Positions 18,997 through 28,213 of a DNA stretch of 46,769 nucleotides are shown piece by piece. Position 1 is the stretch's first letter. Each line of letters begins with the position of its first letter. The notes under the pieces are model-generated. The model was not told the origin of the DNA. It made no database searches and saw only the letters and a list, made by a program, of their open reading frames with translations. Origin of the DNA: a virus (taxonomy: Duplodnaviria > Caudoviricetes); IMG/VR virus record IMGVR_UViG_3300030109_005594, positions 1 to 46,769 of that record; one strand, given 5' to 3'. The position numbers were made by a program, and so were the translations under genes.

Positions 18997-19625
18997 TATC
19001 CATCACCCCATGTTCCATCACCCCAAGCCTCATTACCCCAGCCAGCAATGTGAATGCTTTCAGAACCAACAGCCCCTGTACCAGCAACTCCTACCTCAGT
19101 AATAGATGCCTCTGGAACTTCAGTGCCTACAGCACCTGTCCCGGCAACTCCGACCTCAGTAATAGATGACTCAAGCGTTTCTGTGCCTACAGCTCCTGTG
19201 CCAGCAACCCCTGCCAAACCAGCAGTGTCACTCTCAATTGACTCAGTGCCTACAGCACCTGTACCAGCTAAACCTGTTTCAACTACAAAAATTTGAAGAT
19301 CGCTAGTTGCCCTAGAAAAACCAACAGCCCCTTTACCTGCTATGCCAACTGGTGGTCTGCTCTTAGCATCTGCCGATATATCACCATAATTATACCCAAC
19401 AAAAAATTCTGTAGAGTCAGGATCATTATCAGGTCGAGGATCAAGTAAAGCAGTTGCATCAATAACATTTTTTGCAGGTGTGAGCTGTGGATGTTTGGGT
19501 TCCCACTCTTCAGGCTCAACTCGCAAACCATCCCAAGTTGTTTTTAAAGATTTGTAAGGAACTTTAAAACCACTTCGATCACTAATGGCTACTGATTTTT
19601 TGCCTTTTGCTCTTCTCGCATACAT
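18996..19625 (-). CDS. virion protein with G.AGTGAVG repeats and WG tail
   Basis: AISDRSGF...EWEPKHPQL N-terminal domain; five GxAG(T/K)GAVG repeats; GWGNEAWGDGTWG. Confidence 0.65.
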   Translation of the reverse strand: MYARRAKGKKSVAISDRSGFKVPYKSLKTTWDGLRVEPEEWEPKHPQLTPAKNVIDATALLDPRPDNDPDSTEFFVGYNYGDISADAKSRPPVGIAGKGAVGFSRATSDLQIFVVETGLAGTGAVGTESIESDTAGLAGVAGTGAVGTETLESSITEVGVAGTGAVGTEVPEASITEVGVAGTGAVGSESIHIAGWGNEAWGDGTWGDG

Positions 19626-19628
19626 AAT

Positions 19629-20309
19629 TTAAGAAAGATTCATCCCTGTTGGACGAATTCTCATACTCACTCCATCATTATCTGTAGAAGCTGCAAATTC
19701 AAATGCTCTTTCGTAAACTTGGTTCAGCATATCAAATTTTTCCGGTTGATACTTCATTGCCAACTTGCTGGATAACCCTGCACAAATACAATCCGACCAG
19801 CGATACGGAATATCTGCATCTTGATTAGACTCTGTAACATCTTCTAATTGATTTATTGACCAGTAAAGCAAAGAATAAGATGTGTCTTCAGGAACTTGCC
19901 ACACATAAATATTTGGCGTGTATTGTTTGTCAATCATGTATTGACTTGGCTTACCAGAAGAGCTTTTGTTAGGAATCTGATTGTAGCTGGCAATGCTAAC
20001 CCGGTTAATCACCGTATCAGTTGTTGTGCTACCAACAGTTTCTCTAACGACAACATCAATAAGATCAATCGTCCCTACTGGCAATGCATAAACAATCGTA
20101 TCAGCAGTTAAACTTAATGTATTATTTTGAACCGTCCAATAATTAATTCCTCGATTAGCCCACTCCGAAAAAAGCATATTCAAACTACGTCTAGCTGATT
20201 CAGCGTGATAACCTGTCCTAGTTTGAGGATCAATGCCACATCTTTCAAAAGATTCTGCAATAATTTCCTCAATGTCTGGTCTAAACGCTACTGTGCCTGA
20301 TGTTGCCAT
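19629..20309 (-). CDS. head-tail connector protein
   Basis: MATSGT, IEEIIAESFERCG, ARRSLNMLFSEWANRGIN, GKPSQY. Confidence 0.7.
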   Translation of the reverse strand: MATSGTVAFRPDIEEIIAESFERCGIDPQTRTGYHAESARRSLNMLFSEWANRGINYWTVQNNTLSLTADTIVYALPVGTIDLIDVVVRETVGSTTTDTVINRVSIASYNQIPNKSSSGKPSQYMIDKQYTPNIYVWQVPEDTSYSLLYWSINQLEDVTESNQDADIPYRWSDCICAGLSSKLAMKYQPEKFDMLNQVYERAFEFAASTDNDGVSMRIRPTGMNLS

Positions 20310-20317
20310 TTAATTTC

Positions 20318-20923
20318 CTATGCAAAGAAAAAGTGCATCATATCAATTGTTCCAACGGTATATTTTATACTTAGTCCACTTTTGAAAAGGATACCCTCAT
20401 CTGGAATTGTGTTATCTAAAGTTGTGTTGTCTGTGCCTATTGTTCTAGCTTTAAAAAGAACTGTGCCTGATTCTGGTGTTCCGTCAATCATCTCAATGAT
20501 ACCAGCACTACCACCACTCACAATCGAATAACCTTTTAACCTAACCCTTCCACCACCGCTTACTGCTTGTCCTGCTGAAGCAGTAGAGCCAACTTTTAAA
20601 TTCGCTGCAAACTGGGCAGAACTTGTTACTGATGTAATCGTTTTAAAATATTTAGTCCCAGCCACTGCTTCTGCTGAACCTGTAGAGGTAATAACTTCTG
20701 TTAAAGAATTACCAAAAACATCTGTTCCTACAATGGTATTAGTTTTACCATTATCACCTGTGCCTGTGGTTGTTACATTTAAAATTCTTGCACCACCTGA
20801 AGCAAAAGAACTGTTAGCTATAGTTGCAGCAGTGTCTGGTCTAGCAGCAGTAACAATAAAATCATCATCAGCAGCAACTTCATCACTTATAAACTGAACT
20901 TGTACGTCGCTTTGGATGCTCAT
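20318..20923 (-). CDS. virion structural protein
   Basis: Thr/Gly-rich; GTKYFKTITSV, IPDEGILF; downstream of the capsid gene. Confidence 0.65.
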   Translation of the reverse strand: MSIQSDVQVQFISDEVAADDDFIVTAARPDTAATIANSSFASGGARILNVTTTGTGDNGKTNTIVGTDVFGNSLTEVITSTGSAEAVAGTKYFKTITSVTSSAQFAANLKVGSTASAGQAVSGGGRVRLKGYSIVSGGSAGIIEMIDGTPESGTVLFKARTIGTDNTTLDNTIPDEGILFKSGLSIKYTVGTIDMMHFFFA

Positions 20924-20942
20924 TTAATTTTCTCCTAATTAA

Positions 20943-20964
20943 GTGAGGGTTTTTACACCCTCAC
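20943..20964 (-). terminator. hairpin, possible weak terminator or processing site
   Basis: GTGAGGGT-6nt-ACCCTCAC inverted repeat in the intergenic gap; short U tract. Confidence 0.4.
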
Positions 20965-20979
20965 CATTTGATTAATTAC

Positions 20980-21462
20980 TTAAGAAGCGTCAGAAGAACT
21001 AGATAGCCCAAAGAATTTCATAACAACAGTGGTATCTGCTCCGGGATCTCCAGAGAGAACAATTTCAACCTCATCTGCTGTGGCAGTGGCTGCTGTAGTA
21101 GCTCCACCAGACATTCCTAAAACGCCATTGCAGGGGAAAAATCCTTTGAATCCAACTGAGTTTGCCGCAGCGGAAATGCCGTCTACAAATCCATCTGTAT
21201 CAGCATCTGTACCTATGTCTTGTACATTAACAGCGTTAGAGGCAGCCCCAGTAACAGCTATCATTACGCCCATTGGGATAAAATTAGAAGGAATACCAAT
21301 AGCAGATTCTTTGCCTGTAGTAGCACCGTCAGCAACTGTTACAGTTGCTACATAAGTCTCCATAGCCATGGTATTGGTAACAGCACCTGTTGTGCTATTA
21401 GTTACGATGGAATCAAAACCATCTTTAGACCGCACTGGTCCTGAAAATGTAGTATTAGCCAT
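20980..21462 (-). CDS. capsid-associated (decoration-like) protein
   Basis: MANTTFSGPVRS start typical of the gene after the MCP; Ala/Thr/Gly-rich. Confidence 0.65.
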   Translation of the reverse strand: MANTTFSGPVRSKDGFDSIVTNSTTGAVTNTMAMETYVATVTVADGATTGKESAIGIPSNFIPMGVMIAVTGAASNAVNVQDIGTDADTDGFVDGISAAANSVGFKGFFPCNGVLGMSGGATTAATATADEVEIVLSGDPGADTTVVMKFFGLSSSSDAS

Positions 21463-21467
21463 AATAT

Positions 21468-21506
21468 TCTCCTGTCGTGGCTAGTGTCAGCTTTCGCTGT
21501 CAGAAG
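21468..21506 (-). ncRNA. candidate structured cis-RNA downstream of the gpT-like capsid gene (Mu-gpT-DE-like)
   Basis: CTGA-CAGC-GAAA-GCTG-ACACTAGCCAC-GACAG-GAGA: GNRA hairpin inside an outer CTG/CAG stem that abuts the RBS. Confidence 0.4.
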
Positions 21507-21514
21507 TTAAAGAT

Positions 21515-21544
21515 TAAGGGGAAAGGCTATTGCCCCTCCCCTTA
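21515..21544 (-). terminator. hairpin after the major capsid gene
   Basis: TAAGGGGAGGGGC-AATA-GCCTTTCCCCTTA; imperfect U tract. Confidence 0.6.
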
Positions 21545-21549
21545 TTGTG

Positions 21550-22458
21550 TTACGCAGCTCCTTCGGAACCAAAAATACCACGCCAGTCAGTAAACCCGAA
21601 AGAATATCTTTCACGCACTTTATAGCGTACATTTCCTGTCTCAAAGTCACCTTCCATGCCCTTCTTTAGAGGAGAGCGTTGGAACATTTTCAAGCCATCA
21701 GGGACATCAGTCTTTACAAACCACTGATCACTATCTGTCAGTCTACGCATTACATGGTAGCCTTGTGGCAGATATCCACCAGAACGGATTGCGTTGATGT
21801 CATTGTCAGCCGTAGCTGTTCTCAACTGGGACTCTAGCAATCTTTCTGCTACAAAAGAATACGCAGTTGGAATAACCAGCGTTGTACCTTGTGCAGCAAT
21901 TCTAAGTCCACGATCATCTTTCATATCAGCAATGTTGATAAGAATAGACTCTAGTGAAGTCTCGGAAAGATCAGCCGCAGTAGCCAGGGTGTTGCTCTGG
22001 TTACCATTACGAGTTGGGTGAGATGTGCTTAAAAGAGTCACCCCATCACCACCTGTAAAGCCAGCAGTTGTTGCATTATTTAAAACATTGGCTGCTTTGA
22101 TCTCTTTAGTAGAGGACATTGAACGTGCTAATGCTTTTGTGTAGCGAGAAGAAATTGATCCATACTGACCATCTTCCTCTGCCTCTTCAGTAATGCTAAA
22201 AGCTAAAGCCACTGTTTCATGTTGATAACGTGCAGTCCATTGCTGGCTTGCAGAATCATATGATACAGCAGCACCCTCGTTTTTAACTGGGGCTGAACCA
22301 AATCCTTCTAACAAAACATCTTCTTCAAATGCTTTTTGGGAGGTGTTTGCTTCAAAAACCGCAGCATACTCTGGAGGATAGCTATCGTACTCAAGACCAA
22401 AAAGGGTATTTAGCCCTGGCTCAAGCATTTTTGCAAATTGTGCTCTATTCATTGACAT
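21550..22458 (-). CDS. major capsid protein (Mu gpT-like HK97 fold)
   Basis: LEPGLNTLFGLEY, ALAFSITEEA, RYTKALARSM, GDFETGNVRYKVRERYSFG. Confidence 0.9.
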   Translation of the reverse strand: MSMNRAQFAKMLEPGLNTLFGLEYDSYPPEYAAVFEANTSQKAFEEDVLLEGFGSAPVKNEGAAVSYDSASQQWTARYQHETVALAFSITEEAEEDGQYGSISSRYTKALARSMSSTKEIKAANVLNNATTAGFTGGDGVTLLSTSHPTRNGNQSNTLATAADLSETSLESILINIADMKDDRGLRIAAQGTTLVIPTAYSFVAERLLESQLRTATADNDINAIRSGGYLPQGYHVMRRLTDSDQWFVKTDVPDGLKMFQRSPLKKGMEGDFETGNVRYKVRERYSFGFTDWRGIFGSEGAA

Positions 22459-22474
22459 TTTTTATACCCTCCTG

Positions 22475-23026
22475 TTAAATGCCAGCACTGTCTTTGAGAA
22501 GGTGCTCGTTTATTAGCACTTCCATGACAGCGTTGGCTCCAAAGGCATTGTCTGGTGCGTCATGCAAAGCAATAATTTTTGCTGTTGCTGCACTATTAGC
22601 CATGGTTCCTGAAATTTCAAATCCCGATTGACCTGTTACTGTTGAACCAGCACCAGCTACCATATCTGCACAGTTACCAATATTGGTTTGTGCTGTAGTA
22701 CCTGCCGACTGTACTTTAAACACGGTGTAAGGATCATCATATATATAAGCGATTATATTTGTGCCAGTTGTGCCAGAAGCCCAATACTGACTATAAACAT
22801 AACTACCATCTGAAGCGGTGTAACTTACCCCCCCAAATACTCCAATATTATTAACTTCAGTAGCGGTGTGTGGTGTTAAAACACCGTCTGCAGTAATAAT
22901 ACATAGATCGCCTGTAAAAATATTTTCTGCAAGCGTACTAGTAATGGTGTATTTGTTTGCTCGTGGGGCAAAACCACTCATAGTGCGAACTGGGACTAAC
23001 CCAAAAGCTGCATCTACATTTGCCAT
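22475..23026 (-). CDS. capsid cement/decoration protein
   Basis: MANVDAAFGLVPV, IFTGD, DDPYTVFKVQ; directly upstream of the MCP. Confidence 0.65.
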   Translation of the reverse strand: MANVDAAFGLVPVRTMSGFAPRANKYTITSTLAENIFTGDLCIITADGVLTPHTATEVNNIGVFGGVSYTASDGSYVYSQYWASGTTGTNIIAYIYDDPYTVFKVQSAGTTAQTNIGNCADMVAGAGSTVTGQSGFEISGTMANSAATAKIIALHDAPDNAFGANAVMEVLINEHLLKDSAGI

Positions 23027-23051
23027 TTTTCTTTACTCCTTAGAGCTAAAA

Positions 23052-23528
23052 TTAATCATCCATGATCGAAACATCTTGACCACGACTCATTGTTGTTTGC
23101 CGATCTTGCGATATAGGCAGTCCCGACCTTCTTCCTAACGCTTCTAAGTCATAACTGATGGATTCATTTTGCTCTGTGCTTTTTCCAGAATAATATTCTT
23201 TCATTGACCTGTGTTTCTCAACAGGCATTTCACATAACAACATTCCTTCAACACCAATACAACCTACCCACTCTCCATGATTAATAGTTGGGAATCTTTT
23301 ATCTTTCACAGTATCTGCAGGGCGTGGTTCCCAGCCAGCACGCATACGCTTGTACACATTGTCTGGAGTTTCTTTACCTTGAATCGAGGTAGCAATCCAC
23401 CGTTGAACCATTCCCTGTCGAGGTTCGGGAGCGTCCAATAAAGAGGGTGGTTTCCATGCAGTTTCCTGCCGAGTCTCTTCTTCTCGTGATTTTTTCACTT
23501 CACTTGATCTTGTATTACGCTTAACCAT
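23052..23528 (-). CDS. conserved head-module protein
   Basis: WKPPSLLDAPEP, RWIA, GWEPR, IGVEGMLLCEMP; between scaffold and capsid genes. Confidence 0.7.
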   Translation of the reverse strand: MVKRNTRSSEVKKSREEETRQETAWKPPSLLDAPEPRQGMVQRWIATSIQGKETPDNVYKRMRAGWEPRPADTVKDKRFPTINHGEWVGCIGVEGMLLCEMPVEKHRSMKEYYSGKSTEQNESISYDLEALGRRSGLPISQDRQTTMSRGQDVSIMDD

Positions 23529-24427
23529 TACGAATTCCTCCTAGTCTGATTGCGAACCTCTGCTTCATATTTTTTGAGTCCTATCTCATCTGTTATACCA
23601 AGCTCTCTCGCCATTCTAAGTTGATCCTGTGTTAAACGTACTCTGTTACCTTTATAACCACCATTTGAACCACCAGCAGTAGGTGCGACAGGCGATCTGC
23701 TTTTTGTTCTTTTTGGCACTTTAGGTGATATTAGCTCAGGATACACTTTTCGTAAACGATTATTTAACTCTTCATAATATTCTGATGATTCTTTGTCAAA
23801 TCCTTCTAAATCCAATTGGACATCAATTGCACGAGCTGCAGCCGTTTCTCTTTCAAAACCTGACCCATTAAACCACTCATTTTCTTTCCACCAGCTCATT
23901 GCTTTTTTTGGAGGAGGATTGTCATTTTCTTGAACGACTTGACGTTGAGGTTGAGGTTGAGAAGATGCTCGCATTTGTCTTTGCTGCATTTCATTAACTC
24001 GTATTGCAGCTCTCATGTCAGCCATCTGCTCCGAAAAATTAACTTGGGCTTCTGTGTCACCTTCCTCTACAGCCTTTGTTAATGCAGCTTTAGTATCATC
24101 ATAGCGTTTCTGAAAATTGTTTTCGGCTTGATGTTGATTGCCCCTTTCCAATCTTTCTAATCGAGCTTGAAACTGAGCATTTTGCTCTTGCAATGCTGCC
24201 GTCTGTTGTTCTGCAGCCTTTCGCTCAGAAACTAATTTCTTAATTCTTTTTTGAACTTTTGCTCCATAATTTACATCATCTAAGAGAAGCTCTTTTTGTT
24301 CCGGTTCCTGTTCCGGTTCAGGTTCTTGATCAGTAACTTCTATTTGAAAATCTTCCTCTGAAACAGCTTGTTTTTTTACTGCATTTTCAATTTCTTGTTC
24401 GACTTCTTTAATTTTTTCTTCAGACAT
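23528..24427 (-). CDS. scaffolding protein
   Basis: Acidic coiled coil, YGAKVQKRIKKL, C-terminal VRLTQDQLRMARELGI helix-turn-helix; start after AGGAGG. Confidence 0.75.
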   Translation of the reverse strand: MSEEKIKEVEQEIENAVKKQAVSEEDFQIEVTDQEPEPEQEPEQKELLLDDVNYGAKVQKRIKKLVSERKAAEQQTAALQEQNAQFQARLERLERGNQHQAENNFQKRYDDTKAALTKAVEEGDTEAQVNFSEQMADMRAAIRVNEMQQRQMRASSQPQPQRQVVQENDNPPPKKAMSWWKENEWFNGSGFERETAAARAIDVQLDLEGFDKESSEYYEELNNRLRKVYPELISPKVPKRTKSRSPVAPTAGGSNGGYKGNRVRLTQDQLRMARELGITDEIGLKKYEAEVRNQTRRNS

Positions 24428-24437
24428 AGCAATCCTC

Positions 24438-24803
24438 CTAATTGACATAAGAAGTTATTTCTGCACCTTCAGGAAGAACAGAAGTAACTTCATCATCATT
24501 TAACAAAAGCATTTTCTGACCATTAACGATAAGTTTTTGCCCTGCGTACTTACCATAAGTCACTTTGTCACCAATTTTTGGGAAAAAATGTGATTTCCAA
24601 GATTGCCCGGAATCTTTATCTCTATACGCAAGCTCTCCCTTGGCTAGAACTGTGCCATGAGCTGTCAAATACTCTTCAGCTTCTAAGGCTTTAGTTGGAA
24701 TTACAATGCCACCTTGTGTACTTTTCTTTGGTTCATTTGGCTGGATAAGAACTTTCCAACCCATTGGTACTGGTAAATCATGTTGATGAGACATGTCATT
24801 CAT
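24438..24803 (-). CDS. groES: GroES/Cpn10-like co-chaperonin
   Basis: PMGWKVLI, TQGGIVIP mobile loop, GDKVTYGKYAG, LLNDDEV. Confidence 0.85.
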   Translation of the reverse strand: MNDMSHQHDLPVPMGWKVLIQPNEPKKSTQGGIVIPTKALEAEEYLTAHGTVLAKGELAYRDKDSGQSWKSHFFPKIGDKVTYGKYAGQKLIVNGQKMLLLNDDEVTSVLPEGAEITSYVN

Positions 24804-24993
24804 CCTCTTCGTTTAATTTTTTAATCATTTCGTCAAGGATGTCACAAGCCTGTTGTAAACCTTCTGCCACCCCAACGTTCCTCGTATAACCATGAAAATC
24901 TGTCATACGTCCTGATACCATATCACTCGCTATCGTTGTTTTCTGATCCTGGAGTTTCTGTTTTGCTTTCCTCATCACTTCCGTCAGTGTCAT
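24796..24993 (-). CDS. small conserved protein upstream of GroES
   Basis: 65-aa helical ORF (Y...VGVAEGL), overlapping the GroES start. Confidence 0.7.
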   Translation of the reverse strand: MTLTEVMRKAKQKLQDQKTTIASDMVSGRMTDFHGYTRNVGVAEGLQQACDILDEMIKKLNEEDE

Positions 24994-25049
24994 TATTTAC
25001 CTTCCCGGAGATGGAAACTCCTGTCACATGAACTTCAACAACTTCATTA

Positions 25050-25178
25050 TTAGTATTTTCCACTTTTTTTCCTCATTGGCTTTTTAATCATTTTTTTCAT
25101 TGGCTTCTTTTTTTTCATATTACCGTATTTCATTTTACTTCCTTTCGATATTAATGATGAAAATTGACTGCGGTTCAT
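25050..25178 (-). CDS. small Lys/Met-rich basic peptide (42 aa, MNRSQFSSLISKGSKMKYGNMKKKKPMKK...)
   Basis: Translated by hand; ATGA overlap with the upstream stop. Confidence 0.55.
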   Translation of the reverse strand: MNRSQFSSLISKGSKMKYGNMKKKKPMKKMIKKPMRKKSGKY

Positions 25179-25537
25179 TCTTCAGAACTATAAAAAGGGT
25201 CTTTCCCTTGAGATAGCCTTTCTTTAGCATGATCTAAAGACTTCCGTATAATAATAGCATCTATTCCTGTTGGGCGTTCACCTTCTGGAACACCTCGCAT
25301 AAATCGACCTGATAAAACATAATTAAGCTCATCTTCATTTAAGGTTGGGACTATAGCAGGACGGAATACAGTGTCTGGGTTATTGGGGTCACCGATAGAC
25401 ATCTCCGTAACTTGTTGCCCTTTTAAATCCCCTACACCTTGCAATACACCAAAGTAGCCCACATCTTTTTCTGTGCCATCTAGTCTTTTGCCATAGCTTT
25501 TACGATTTAAGTTGTTTAAAAAGTTAAACACATTCAT
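25175..25537 (-). CDS. hypothetical protein
   Basis: 120 aa; GKRLDGTEK.VGYFGVL, IVPTL, HAKERL..GKDPF. Confidence 0.7.
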   Translation of the reverse strand: MNVFNFLNNLNRKSYGKRLDGTEKDVGYFGVLQGVGDLKGQQVTEMSIGDPNNPDTVFRPAIVPTLNEDELNYVLSGRFMRGVPEGERPTGIDAIIIRKSLDHAKERLSQGKDPFYSSEE

Positions 25538-28213
25538 TTAATCAACTTGCTCCTCTTGATCTAGTGTCGATAAAGCTCCAGCCCCTGCTGCGGTGCCCAC
25601 GGCAATATTAAATAATGGCTGCCCTTCCTTGACTGCTTTTTTCATCTCTGGAGTAATTTTAATAAGAGTTGTTTCAAGCGGCACCACAGACTTTCCAATT
25701 TCCGCATCAATTAATTCACTATTATATTGTTTAGCGTACTTTTTTAAAAAACTAGGAATTTTACGATCATAAACCGTTTGATACATTTTTCTGTAAGCTC
25801 CTTCACGTCCTTCAACAGCACCTTCACCCCATTTTTCAACCAAAGTTTCTGATTTAGGAACCATGACATAATCATAGTCTTCATCGACTGCCGTTTTCAT
25901 AAGTTTCTTCAACGCCAACTCGTGCCAAGTATCTTGCCAAGGGTTGGGAAAATCTGTTTCCGGTCCTTTTATTTGGTTTAATTTTTCTCTAGCGGAAGTT
26001 AAGTTGTCAAATAAAGTATTCTCACCATAAAGAATAGACTTTAATCTTGGATCCTTAGCAAACAATCCATCTCTTAATAAAGAATGGTCGTTTGCAACAG
26101 TTCGTATACGGTCTTTTAAAATCAAAATATTGTTTGAAACTTGTAATGGGGGCATTAGCCTATCAAATTTACTTACCCCCTCTATTATATCTTTAACGGA
26201 TCTATCGATTATCTCTTCTTTAATATCTTTAGCGGTTCTAATGAACGCATTGATATTGTCCTGTTGTGTTACAGGGGCTAACTTATTAGATTCAAACTTT
26301 TTAAGTTCATCTGAAAGGTATCTAAGGTCATCTAACAACGGAAGCACATCTGCTTCTATAATTTTTGTTCTTTGCCCCCATCTGCTGTTTGCCATTGCAA
26401 GATCCGATTGCAGCTCATCACCGTATAAAACCTTGTTGCTTGCCGGAAGATCCCCCCTCGTTGTGACAATAGGTCCATCCCAGTCAGAAGCCATCACACT
26501 CGACACCACCGTGTCATCTGTCCTTGTAAAATGATCTTTAAAATCTCCAACTTCAGGGGAAGTTATTAAAATCTCCCTGCGGTTAGGTTGAGTTGCAAGC
26601 CGACCACCTATGCCAACATTTACTCGATCCGTCAAAGCATACTCATCCATATAATCTAAGCCATCATCACCTTCAAAAGAAACAAACCCTTGTTCTTCTA
26701 AATGCAGTCTTGTTTGTATTTCAGCTTCTGCTAAATTATCTTCACTAACGATGGCATCCCCACCTGGACGCTTTGCTAAACTATCCGGGTCCATCCCATC
26801 ACCTTCTCTTAACTCCCACGGCATATCTTCGCCACGTCGGAACAAAGTAAATTGTTCTTCACCGTCTATTACCACAGGAACTCGCTGGAATGTAAAATAA
26901 GGATCTTCATAATTATCTCTAGCTATATTGTAAGCAATCGAATCAATTTTATCTTCAAAATCTTGGGTATTTCCATCGACATCAATAAATTCTGTTTTTT
27001 CTTCATCAAAAGCCTTTAAAAGTGCTGCCCTGTTAAAGGCTGCCTCTCGATCCAATTCCGAGTAAAGACTTTGGAATGCCTTTGTTGAGCCTCGACGAGG
27101 CTCAACGCTTTGTGGATAATCTTCTCTAACTTGTATTTCTAAAGAATCTCGAATAAGATCTCTTCGTTCTGTTTTAACATCCTCTTCAAAATAATCTCTA
27201 TCACCAACAGGCAAATTATCAAAATCTATCGTTTCAGTTTCATTAAAAAAAACTTTGTCTCCGCTGGGAAGTTCTGATGGTTTATTTTCAACAACATTAA
27301 CCGTAAATCGGTTGTCATTAAGATGCTGTACAAAGTCTTCTTTAGTAAATTCAGACCCTAAATCCAGACCCATTGCCTTTATTTCATTATTGAATGATTT
27401 TACAGGATAGCCTTGTTTTACAGCCACTGACCTCATCTCATCAACAAACTCTTGCCCAGTTCCCTTACCACGATTAATTAACGGAATGGTTTCCTGTGCA
27501 ACGCTGTAAAATCCTTCTTGATCAACTTTTGAAGGCACATTAGTTAAAGCACCTTTAGGACCATCAGGAACTATTTTAGTTTGACCTATATCCATTACAG
27601 ATTGAAGATATTTGGGTGCGGTGAGGGTACCTTTTTCAAATGTGTTTTTTAAAAAATTAACAACAGGCTTGCCTACTTTAAAAACTTTACCTCCAGCAAG
27701 GGGAAGCACAACTTCACCAACAGTGCCACCTGCAAATTTTCCGTATCCATAAGCTGGGCTATCCGTAGGCAATCCACCAATTCTTTGTTCTAAGTTTTCC
27801 TCACTTGGAAGTAGTTCTTGAAGAAGTCCCAAAGCCCCACTAACAGCTTGACCAGCTTTTCCGGGCATCGAACTTTTGTAAGCATCAATTAAAGTTGAAG
27901 GAATTCCTTGGCTTTGCATTATTTGAGTGGGAGCAACTCCAGCGTCTTCAACAACATCTTTAAGATCGGCAACAGCTCTAGGAGTTGCTGCAAGTCCAAT
28001 AATATCACCTATTAAAAAATCCATTGGGTTTTTTGCAATCTCACCCAGAACACCTCCAATTGCCCTTTTTGCTTTTTGATCACGATCTGATGGACCCATT
28101 ATCCCGGTGACCTTCTCTTCCAGTTGTTGGAGTGGAAGCGTCCTGCGGTTTAACTCCGCAGCTCTCCTGATTTTTTCAGCTCGGTCTAAATCTTCTTGAC
28201 TAATTAATTCCAT
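25538..28213 (-). CDS. large polyvalent-protein-like putative injected protein
   Basis: 891 aa; FYS...KGTGQEF, DELQSD, WHELALKKLM..AV, YDRKIP.FLKK, ITPEMK..V.EGQPLF motifs resemble phage polyvalent proteins. Confidence 0.55.
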   Translation of the reverse strand: MELISQEDLDRAEKIRRAAELNRRTLPLQQLEEKVTGIMGPSDRDQKAKRAIGGVLGEIAKNPMDFLIGDIIGLAATPRAVADLKDVVEDAGVAPTQIMQSQGIPSTLIDAYKSSMPGKAGQAVSGALGLLQELLPSEENLEQRIGGLPTDSPAYGYGKFAGGTVGEVVLPLAGGKVFKVGKPVVNFLKNTFEKGTLTAPKYLQSVMDIGQTKIVPDGPKGALTNVPSKVDQEGFYSVAQETIPLINRGKGTGQEFVDEMRSVAVKQGYPVKSFNNEIKAMGLDLGSEFTKEDFVQHLNDNRFTVNVVENKPSELPSGDKVFFNETETIDFDNLPVGDRDYFEEDVKTERRDLIRDSLEIQVREDYPQSVEPRRGSTKAFQSLYSELDREAAFNRAALLKAFDEEKTEFIDVDGNTQDFEDKIDSIAYNIARDNYEDPYFTFQRVPVVIDGEEQFTLFRRGEDMPWELREGDGMDPDSLAKRPGGDAIVSEDNLAEAEIQTRLHLEEQGFVSFEGDDGLDYMDEYALTDRVNVGIGGRLATQPNRREILITSPEVGDFKDHFTRTDDTVVSSVMASDWDGPIVTTRGDLPASNKVLYGDELQSDLAMANSRWGQRTKIIEADVLPLLDDLRYLSDELKKFESNKLAPVTQQDNINAFIRTAKDIKEEIIDRSVKDIIEGVSKFDRLMPPLQVSNNILILKDRIRTVANDHSLLRDGLFAKDPRLKSILYGENTLFDNLTSAREKLNQIKGPETDFPNPWQDTWHELALKKLMKTAVDEDYDYVMVPKSETLVEKWGEGAVEGREGAYRKMYQTVYDRKIPSFLKKYAKQYNSELIDAEIGKSVVPLETTLIKITPEMKKAVKEGQPLFNIAVGTAAGAGALSTLDQEEQVD

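Noticed and set aside
24920-25070. Possible frameshift at the A7 run joining the basic peptide to VENTNNEVVEVHVTG...
   Set aside because: Would need a +1 shift with no stimulator seen; the alternative ORF is short and overlaps the next gene, so it is unsupported
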